From Octopus bimaculoides (lineage: Eukaryota): a DNA stretch of 64,000 nucleotides. Position numbers and translations under genes: made by a program. This document shows, one piece after another, positions 54,606 through 64,000 of the stretch. Location of the stretch: assembly GCF_001194135.2 (NCBI RefSeq), contig NC_068983.1, positions 24,200,443 through 24,264,442 of the forward strand, in the 5' to 3' direction. The notes below the pieces were generated by a model. It saw only the letters and a program-made list of their open reading frames with translations, was not told the origin of the DNA and did not search any database. The first letter of the stretch is position 1. Each line of letters begins with the position of its first letter.

Positions 54606-54819
54606 CTCTTTTACTCTTTTACTTGTTTCAGTCATTTGACTGTGGCCATGCTGGAGCACTGCCTTTAGTCGAGCAATTCGACCCCAAGACTTATTCTTTG
54701 TAAGCCTAGTACTTATTCTATCGGTCTCTTTTGCCGAACCGCTAAGTTACGGGGACATAAACACACCAGCATCAGTTGTCAAGCGATGTTGAGGGGGACA
54801 AAATCAGACACACAAACAT

Positions 54820-54850
<31 letters not shown>

Positions 54851-55012
54851 CATATACATATATACGATGGGCTTCTTTCAGTTTCTGTCTACCAAATCCA
54901 CTCACAAGGCTTTGGTCGGCCCGAGGCTATAGAAGACACTTTCCCAAGGTGCCATGCAGTGGGACTGAACCCGGAACCATGTGGTTGGTAAGCAAGCTAC
55001 TTACCACACAGC
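54606..55012 (-). mobile_element. SINE family A, full copy
   Basis: Reverse complement of 704-1140. Confidence 0.88.
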
Positions 55013-55231
55013 CAGCATTTAAACAGGCCATATCAGGCTCAAATATTCTAGATGTTTTAGGTTCAGATTGGTCAGATCCGGTCTCTCTCACGTACTTTAT
55101 AATGTCATGCTGAAAATAAGCAATCACATCATCAAAATCTCAATTCTACAATATAATTTATGACTAATTCAAAATAATGTAAATGAATATGTATTACATT
55201 TAACAAATTAATCTGAATGTTAAAGGGTTAA
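55013..55231 (-). mobile_element. TTAA/CCCTT-ended MITE, left end displaced by the family A SINE
   Basis: Ends TCTGAATGTTAAAGGGTTAA; internal similarity to 54066-54288. Confidence 0.65.
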
Positions 55232-55927
55232 AGGTATTTTGGTCTTGAGATGTTTCTTTTGGCAACTCTCTACATCAAAGATTTCTTGAAGAAAATCTGT
55301 CATTTCTTAAGCATATGCCTATCAGGTATTATCCTGAAAAAATCTTGACATTATTCCCTTTGCAACATTCTAAGTCCTGTCTCATACAATGGTTTACAAG
55401 AAGTGAAGCTGGCTTCTACAACAGTAGATGAGTTTGAGATCTAATCTGTGTCTGAACAGCAACAAGTTTGTAAGCTAATATGTTACACTGTCAATATGAT
55501 GAAAGCTAATCTTTTCCCAAATACTGTATGACATGTTTTGCGAGCACAAGTTTGAAAACAAAAGTGTACCAGAAGTCAAATGCACTGTAAAAAGAAAGGA
55601 GAACTATGACAATCCTGTAGGTGTTTGATTTAGCCCCTGCGGTCATGCAACTCATCTTGCTTGTCACATGAGCTGTTATTACTTGACAGGGTTAGCGGTT
55701 TGATATAGGACATTGACTCTTTAGATGAAGGAAGCTTTGTGGGGTTAAGAACCTTGTATGAATATGGCATTACTTGGATGAATACTTTCTGAGAATTACA
55801 TAAATACTTATAATACAGACTTATAAATACAAACAAGAAAGGTGGCTGCATTCAATGGAAACTGATTGGATAAATAAGTTACTAGGTATATGTGCTGCTC
55901 TGATTTTGAGTTTATATCCTATTATAT

Positions 55928-56376
55928 TCTTTTATTCTTTTATTTGTTTCAGTCATTTGACTGTGGCCATGCTGGAGCACTGCCTTTAGTTGAACAAATC
56001 AACCCCAGGAATTATTCTTTGTAAGCCTAGTACTTATTCCATCGGTCTATTTTGCCGAACCGCTAAGTTATGGGGACATAAACACACCAACATCGGTTGT
56101 CAAGCAATGGTGAGGGGACAAACATAAATGCACAAACATGTACATACATATACAACAAGCTTCTTTCAGTTTCCATCTACCAAATTCATTCACAAGGCTT
56201 TGGTCAGCCTGAGGCTATAGTTGAAGACACTTGCCCAAGGTGCCACACAGTGGGACTGAACNNNNNNNNNNAGGCTATAGTTGAAGACACTTGCCCAAGG
56301 TGCCACACAGTGGGACTGAACTCAGAACCATGTGGTTGGTAAGCAAGCTACTTACCATACAGCCACTCCTGCACCT
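55928..56376 (-). mobile_element. SINE family A, full copy (10-N gap with duplicated flank)
   Basis: Reverse complement of the family consensus. Confidence 0.85.
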
Positions 56377-56394
56377 GGTGTGATATATATTTAA

Positions 56395-56599
56395 TAAGTT
56401 GCATGTGTGGTTTGTGCTGTGAAAAGTTTGCTTCCCAACCACATGGTTTCTGGTTCAGTTCCACTGTGTGGCAACTTGGGCGAGCGTCTTCTATTATAGC
56501 CCTGCGCTAACCAAAACCTTATGAATGGATTTGGAAGATGACATGGAAAGAAGCCGATCATTATATCTGTGTATCTGTGTGTGTGTGTGTGTGTGTGTG

Positions 56600-56651
<52 letters not shown>

Positions 56652-56890
56652 TGTATGCATGGGTGTGTGTGTCTGTTTGTGACTCCTTGTTTTGACATCA
56701 CATGGTTGTTATAAATCAATGTCATTCATTTCCAATATTCTGTGAAAAAATGTCTGGCCATGGAGAAGCATTAGCTTGACAGGAAGGGCATCTGGCCTTA
56801 GAAAATCTACTTCAGTAAATTCTGTCTGACCCATTCAAGCAAAGAAAAATAGATATTTTAATGTCTACTTTTTAATGATGATAATGATAA
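56395..56890 (+). mobile_element. Chimeric SINE: family A head, microsatellite, RTE-like tail
   Basis: Head matches family A; tail GACAGGAAGGGCATCTGGCC..TAGAAAATC...TGATGATAATGATA; sister tail at about 35940-36140 (-). Confidence 0.65.
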
Positions 56891-58086
56891 ATTTGTTTGC
56901 ATTCTTGTTGGGTGTCTCTTAATTGTGTTTGTTCTGAAATAAAATCAATGCTACGAACTTTTTGGGTGATCGTATTACTAAAGATCGAAGGACATTCACA
57001 AGATTTCTGTTCACAGCATGATTAGAGTTTTTCTTTCTCTCTTTCTTTCTTTCCTTCCTTCTCTTTTAGGTGTTCTACTCTATTATTCATTTAGGCAGAA
57101 ACCGACCACAGACCCAAATTCTAGCTGTTATTAATGTTTTTGCATATATGTATTTGGTTAACATCAATTTTCATTGTTGATATAGGTTAGCTGATTTTTT
57201 TCCATAAAACTATTTCTTTAAACATGTCTCTCTCTCTCTCTTTCTCTCTTTTCTTGTCCTGGCTTCTTTCAGTGTTCTAAATGACAGAATATATATGCCA
57301 AGTTTGCTTATTAATTCCTAGTGCTATCTAAAGCTGGATTCCATACAATGCATACAGTGAATTAGTTGAATCTGGAAGTGAATGCAGTCAGTCTTTTAAT
57401 CTATACATCTGTTTGTACACATCTGTTTCTCTTTCTCTTTTTGTTTTGTTTTCTTTTGTTCATATTTCAAGACTGTTTAAAGACTTTTATTTGTAGTGTA
57501 TTTTTCTCATGGTGCATTGATTCATTTAACAGGAAATAATGGCTTTCTTTGAAACTAAAAGAAAAAAAAAGTAAGAAAGAAAAAAGATTAACTTGCTTTT
57601 CAGAACAAAATGCTTGTAATCATAGATTTGATAAGATCTTGATAAAGATGAGAGGACTTATTAAGCAATATTTCTTGGAAAGAACTAAAGAACTTTTGTA
57701 TTTATATAGCAATAAGCATCATTATTTTCTTCCCAACCTGAGTCTTCTAAGGAAATAGAAAACCATGCCATGTTTTGCCATTTTCTTTCAGGAGTTTGTG
57801 TTGCAAAACATTGTTGTTGTTTAACCCCAGGTCATCACTGATTGAGCCGATCAATGATCAAATTGTTCTAGCTAAAAGCATCTGCGCTATTATTCAGATA
57901 TGGTATATCTACAGACTACGTTATCTTATGTATCACCCTTTCTTCCTTTCCATTCCTTTTTCTTTTTTTTTATTTGAGACAGAAGAGTGTGATTTGAGTG
58001 GCTACAGAGTATCTTCTTTCTTTATGTATGTATGTGTGTGTGTGTGTGTGTGTGTGCGCGTGCGTGTATGTATATACATATAAAAA

Positions 58087-58258
58087 CATCCACTACACTG
58101 TCGGAGTGGTTGGCATTAGGAAGGGCATCCAGCTGTAGAAACTCTGCCAGATCAGATTGGAGCCTGGTGCAGCTATCTGGTTCGCCAGTCCTTAGTCAGA
58201 TCGTCCAACCCATGCTAGCATGGAAAGCGGACGTTAAATGATGATGATGATGATGATG
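58087..58258 (+). mobile_element. SINE family C copy
   Basis: Matches 11564-11742. Confidence 0.85.
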
Positions 58259-60264
58259 AATCCTGTGATTGTGAGTGCAACAGCCTAACCAGTAGGCCCA
58301 GAGGAAGGAATAATACTCACCTGTGCTGTAAATATATTTAATAATGCTAATTAAATTATGGAATTTCATTGGGAAGAGACAATGGGAAATTGACATTCAC
58401 ACATTTTCATATGAGTGTTGGTTGTTAAATTAAAGACTTGTGAATTAAGATTGTTGAAGACTTACTGTTTGTACTACAGTCAGTGCCTGTTGGTCATCAC
58501 AATAACATAAGTAACAAAAGCTTAATGAATTCTGCTTCTTATTAGTCTCTATGAATCAAATTTTCTTAAGTGAATATAATCAATGGTACTCATTAGTTTC
58601 CGAAATAGATTGGATAATGTAAGTTAATTATTTCATAATCTTTTCTTTATCTTCTTTTGTTTTTCTTTCTTTCTTTCTTTCTTATATACAGGCATACATT
58701 GCTTTGCTCTGTACCATTATATCATGTTTGCAGAGACCAATTAAAGACATGTCTCTTCAAAGAGGTATCACACAAATCATTCTTTTAGATTGCTATTATT
58801 ATTCCTGTGTATCCCTTCCTAAACATGTACACTCACAATTAGAGGCCTAATTAATACATATTTACTTGATTGGTTATGTTGAGTTCATGGGAGCAATTGC
58901 TATGTTTCATTTTTTTTTTCCTTTTGTTTCTTTTGAGAACAAGTCTTCTTCTTTAAATAACTGAAATCTATAAAATTAATATTGCTTTTTTTATTTTGAC
59001 AAAATATGGATTATTCTCTTATTCATTTGTTGGTTTGAGCCATTGATCTGGCAGCAGTTCTGGAGCACAGTTTTCAAAGGGTTTTTAGTTGATTATATTG
59101 CCTCCAATGCTTTTTTCTGGTATTCATTTTTTGTGCTTGGAAGGATGTAAGGCAAAGTTGATCTAGGCATAAAGAGACAACCAAAAACCACCAAATATTT
59201 TCGTTTGATGCTGGCACAAGTATGTGGGTAATAAGTTTGATTCACAATGATAACATTTTGAGTTTAAGCTCACTCTGTGGCACTTTGGGCAAATATCTTC
59301 CACTAAACCTTTGGACCCACCAAACCTTGTGAGGGAATTTTGTAGACAGAAAGTGTAGGAGAGCCTGTCATGTGTGTATGTGTACATATAGATATGTATA
59401 TGCATATATATTTGTTGTAGTTTTATTAAAGTTAGTGTTTAATCCTGCCTGTATATTTATTGATTGAAATAACGTGGTTATTAAGCTTTTATTTATATAT
59501 TATATTGTGGAAGTTGGTAGGGATTATAATTTTTGTATGACTTAATAGAGTTGTCGCTGTTTAGTTACATATTTAAGTGTTGTTGTAATTTACTTAGAAT
59601 TTATTTATCGATACGGTTGTACATAGAGTAAATGTGTTTGAAAGTTGTGGTTTCTTTGGTTAGTTCGTTGCCAAACAATACTTATTTTAGTGCTGTTGAC
59701 ACCACTGGATTGAATGGTACTGCTCAGGTGTCAAAACCATAATGATATACATGGGGCAGCTGATGATGGAGGTATGTTGGATTGTTTGTGTGGCAGTTTT
59801 TGTATTTGTGGAATAGTATTATTGGATTGTTGACATGGCTGTGGTATAGTAGTATAGTATTATAATACATCCTTTTGATATATATATATATGTATGTATA
59901 TATGGTGTGTATGTAAGTGTATGCAAAGTAGTGTTGATGTTGATAGTATGACTGACTGCTTTGGAGTGACACACCCCCTATTTGAAATGTAAGTATAAGA
60001 ATTTCAGTCAAATTAATTGACCCCAGTACTTATTTTTTTTGTTAAGTTTGCTACTTATTCTATTAGTCACTTTTGCTGAACTACTAAGTTACAGGGACAA
60101 ACATACACAAACACACACACACACACACATGATGGGCTTCTTTCAGATTCTCTCTATCAGATCCACTCACAAGGTTTTGGTTGACCCGAAGCTATAAGTC
60201 TTTTGCTGAACTGCTAATTTATAGGACATAAACAAACCAACCCTGGTTGTACACGAGACACTCA

Positions 60265-60347
<83 letters not shown>

Positions 60348-61116
60348 ATATGATGGGCTTCCACACAGTTTCTGTTTACCGAATTCCCTCACAAGACCTC
60401 GGTCAGCCCAGTGCTACAGTAGAAAGTGCTACATGATGGGACTGAACCTGAAACCATGTGGTTGCAAAGATAACTTCTTAACCACACAGTCATGTCTGCA
60501 TCTACAAAGAAAACTTATTTTTCCCAACTATTGAACCCATTTTTGTGGATTCTACTTTAATTAATCTCATATTTATAATTTTCCTGCCTTGATCCACATG
60601 TTAATCACGCTAATACATCTTTGATCCATGCCGGGACAGTGTTTGATGGACATATAAATTTACTTTTTTTCTTTCTCTTGCTTTCTTCATTTAACTTTTT
60701 CTCTCTAATTTTCTCAACTCTGCATATTGTTCTTGACTGTTCATTCTTCTTACAACATTCAGAATTATTATATTTTCTTTTCTTTTAAACTTTATTGAAA
60801 TAATTTTTTTAGTTGTTTTCATTAATGAATATTCAAATTTGTGCCACTTTGGTCCTAATCTTGTTCTATCATAGCCATCTATAAATAACTTCACTGCATG
60901 TACAAAAGAGTTAGTGTAAAGATTTATTTATTTGTAATCTCTGTGGAAGTTTAATTGTACCATGCAATATTGTACTTATCTCAAATGATAAATTAGACCT
61001 AAGAAATAAAAACCAAGAAGAGAAACAACCAAAAGAAAAAAAAACCTTGTTTTTAGATTATATTTATTTTTCTGTCTGAAATATTTTGTTTTGTTTGTTT
61101 GAAATGTTTTAAATGC

Positions 61117-61167
<51 letters not shown>

Positions 61168-61638
61168 NNNNNNNNNNNNNNNNNNNNNNNNNNNNNNNNN
61201 NNNNNNNNNNNNNNNNNNNNNNNNNNNNNNNNNNNNNNNNNNNNNNNNNNNNNNNNNNNNNNNNNNNNNNNNNNNNNNNNNNNNNNNNNNNNNNNNNNNN
61301 NNNNNNNNNNNNNNNNNNNNNNNNNNNNNNNNNNNNNNNNNNNNNNNNNNNNNNNNNNNNNNNNNNNNNNNNNNNNNNNNNNNNNNNNNNNNNNNNNNNN
61401 NNNNNNNNNNNNNNNNNNNNNNNNNNNNNNNNNNNNNNNNNNNNNNNNNNNNNNNNNNNNNNNNNNNNNNNNNNNNNNNNNNNNNNNNNNNNNNNNNNNN
61501 NNNNNNNNNNNNNNNNNNNNNNNNNNNNNNNNNNNNNNNNNNNNNNNNNNNNNNNNNNNNNNNNNAGAGAGAGAGAGAGAGAGACAGAGAGACATTTGCA
61601 GAAGTGTGTATATACACTTCTGTGTATATATTTTGCAT

Positions 61639-61677
<39 letters not shown>

Positions 61678-62413
61678 TTAATATCTTTTTGCATTTGAAG
61701 TTTCCTTCTATATGTCTGAACTTGTCGGTCATTAGCCGATCAATAAATCGTTTGACTGTAATTGATAATGGTTGCTAATGACAACTGCTGTTCCCAGCAG
61801 AATAGTTCACATACCTGGCAACTGCTCTGTGTGGGTACGCTTTGATTTCATTATCAACATGTTAGTTACCCAGTCTATATCACATATTCTTTCCTGCTCT
61901 GCACTAATTACTAGGCTTTAGATTAATCTAGATATTTTCTCAAGTTTTATAAAAATCACATTATCTATGACCAACCATAGCAGAAAGAGAATACATTTTT
62001 TGCACTTTTTACTTTCTTCTTTAGAAAATCTATAATCGTACAAAAATCATACGCACTTTCAGAATTCAGGGAGCCACATTTATAGACGTGTGTGTGTGTG
62101 TGTGTGTGTGTACGTATGTGCATGTGTGTTGACATGTATATAAGTGTGTGTGTGTCATCATCATCGTTTAACGTCCAGCCTCCATGATGGTATGGGTGGG
62201 ACAATTTGTCATGTATATATGTATATGTGTGTGTGTGTGTATGTATATGTATATATGTGTGTGTGTGTATGTGTGTATGTGTATGTGTGTGTATGTGTGT
62301 GTATATATGTGTGTGTGTATGTGTATATATATATATGTGTGTATGTGTATATGTGTGTTTGTATAATACATACATATATATATATATATATATAGATATA
62401 TACACACACAAAC

Positions 62414-62560
62414 GTGTGTGGTAAGAAGCTTGCTTTCCATCATGTGTTTCTGGGTTCAGTCCCACTGTGTGGTACCTTGGGCAAATGTCTGTCACTAGTC
62501 TTGGGCCAACCAAAACCTTGTGAGTGGATTTGGAAGACAGAAACTGAAAGAAGCCTGCCT

Positions 62561-62606
<46 letters not shown>

Positions 62607-62815
62607 TGTCTGTGTTTGTCCCCCACTACTGCTTGACAACTGGTCTTGGTGTGTTTACATCCCTGTAACTTAGTGGTTCAGCACAAGGGACTGATGGAAT
62701 AAGTATCACGCTTAAAAAGAATAAGTCCTGAAGTCTATTTGTTTGACTGAAAAAAAAACCTCTCAAGGCATGGGCCCCAGCATGGCTGCAGTCTAATGAC
62801 TAAAACAAGTAAAAA
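62414..62815 (+). mobile_element. SINE family A, diverged full copy
   Basis: Head, microsatellite and tail all present. Confidence 0.8.
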
Positions 62816-63189
62816 GCAAAACATTTATATATTTATGAGGAGGTATACTAAGTATGACATGGTTCTTAATCGTCATCATCAGTGTCATTATCATCAACAT
62901 CATCACCCACATAGTGTGTATGTGGTAGCTATGTGTCGACTATAGTGGACCATGTTTTGTAATACAACTTAGGTGTGTGTGTGATTTGATTATGTGTCAT
63001 CATCATTATTTAATATTTGTAAAGCTGTCCAACTCATGCTGGTATGGGTTGGACAGCTTTACAGGATTACAGGAGCTGGCAAAGCCGGGGGCTGCATCAG
63101 GTTCCATAGTCTGTTTTAGTTTGGTTTCTACAATTGGACGCCCTTCCTAACACCAACTACTTTACAGAGTGTATTAGGTTCTTTTTGTG

Positions 63190-63460
63190 TTGCATCATCA
63201 CCAATGCTTTTTACATGGCACCATCACCAGTGCTTTTAATGCGGCACCATCACCAGTGCTTTTAATGTGGCACTATCACCAATGTTTTTTACATGGCACC
63301 ATCACCAGTGCTTTTTACATGACGTTGTCACCAGTGCTTTTCATGTGGCATTAGTACCAGCACTTTCTACATGGCATTAGTACCAGTACTTTCTACATGG
63401 TACCAGCACCAGTGCTTTTTATATTGCACCAATGCTTTTTACATGGTGCCAGTACCAATA
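63190..63460. repeat. About 26-bp minisatellite (CATGGCACCATCACCAGTGCTTTTTA), about 10 copies, attached to a decayed family C SINE at about 63000-63190
   Basis: Direct reading; unit resembles the SINE-internal GTGCTTTTACGTACCACCGGCAC at 5938. Confidence 0.85.
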
Positions 63461-64000
63461 GACAAACATAGCATTTATTACATTATGAACTGTAACAATA
63501 TATGATCAATTATTGATTAGGAATGTAGAGCATTGATCCAGATAAAATTATTTTACTATTATTAGTGAAGTTGCTGGTGAAAGCAAAAAGTACGGTAATC
63601 ATTATCACTTTAATGCTTGCTTTTCCATGCTTGCATGTGTCAGATAAGAATATACTGGAGCAGAGCTTTCTACAGCCAGATACTCTTCCTGACTGCTATT
63701 TCTAGCGAGCTGGATGACTATGTGAAAGCTTGCTCACTGGCTTGATAAGAAAGTAGTTAATGGGTTTCCTAAAATTTCTTTTGTTCAGTCTGTTTAAGCC
63801 ACTAACATTGATATTTACTTCCTATTTCTGTAAAGTTAATCTAATAATAGACAAGCATATCTTTCACAACACTGGTCTCTGTATTCTGATCATAAGACTC
63901 TTGTATATTAATTAATGTAGAAAATTAGTAGTTGATCCATTGATTGATTTTTCATTTTGATATATTGAATATTGATAAAAGTTTGAGAAATAGTTTTCCA

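Noticed and set aside
56211-56321. 50-bp direct repeat around a 10-N gap
   Set aside because: Same scaffolding artefact
59400-60010. Possible Penelope-like retroelement remnant (also about 4620-4900)
   Set aside because: No RT or GIY-YIG motif could be read, so the classification is unsupported
61816-61910. Minus-strand exon candidate (ISAEQERICDIDWVTNMLIMKSKRTHTEQLP) with CAG|GTATGT donor
   Set aside because: Weak acceptor and no compatible partner exon identified
592-62668. Most ORF-track entries (IYIY, THTH, VCVC, ERER, SLSL, poly-M/S/D, X-runs)
   Set aside because: They are translations of microsatellites, SINE bodies or N gaps and have no protein-like complexity
704-62815. Regularly recurring conserved sequences separated by variable spacers (CRISPR-like impression)
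   Set aside because: They are dispersed SINE copies on both strands in a eukaryotic genome; there is no array periodicity and no cas genes

Overview
AT-rich, repeat-dominated eukaryotic DNA from a gapped draft assembly. The SINE families and the very high microsatellite density most resemble an octopus (coleoid cephalopod) genome; that assignment is from recall, not a database search. No complete protein-coding gene can be read, and almost all ORF-track entries are microsatellite or N-gap artefacts. The window holds dozens of SINE copies from about five modular families (tRNA-like heads joined to CORE-like, Meta-like, V-like or RTE-like modules). It also holds decayed LINE fragments (RTE, CR1-like, two RLE/R4-Dong-like), a near full-length dead mariner with intact TIRs, a rearranged maT/DD37D-like Tc1/mariner, hAT-like, piggyBac-like and Helentron-like non-autonomous elements, a 690-bp fold-back element and several minisatellites. 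CpG content and microsatellite strand polarity suggest two divergent intron-rich transcription units separated by a CpG-rich block; a few low-confidence candidate exons are listed. I found no clearly new biological system. The best leads are recurrent head-to-head SINE junctions, SINE module swapping, the long fold-back element, a triple-hairpin mini-element and a self-rearranged transposon.
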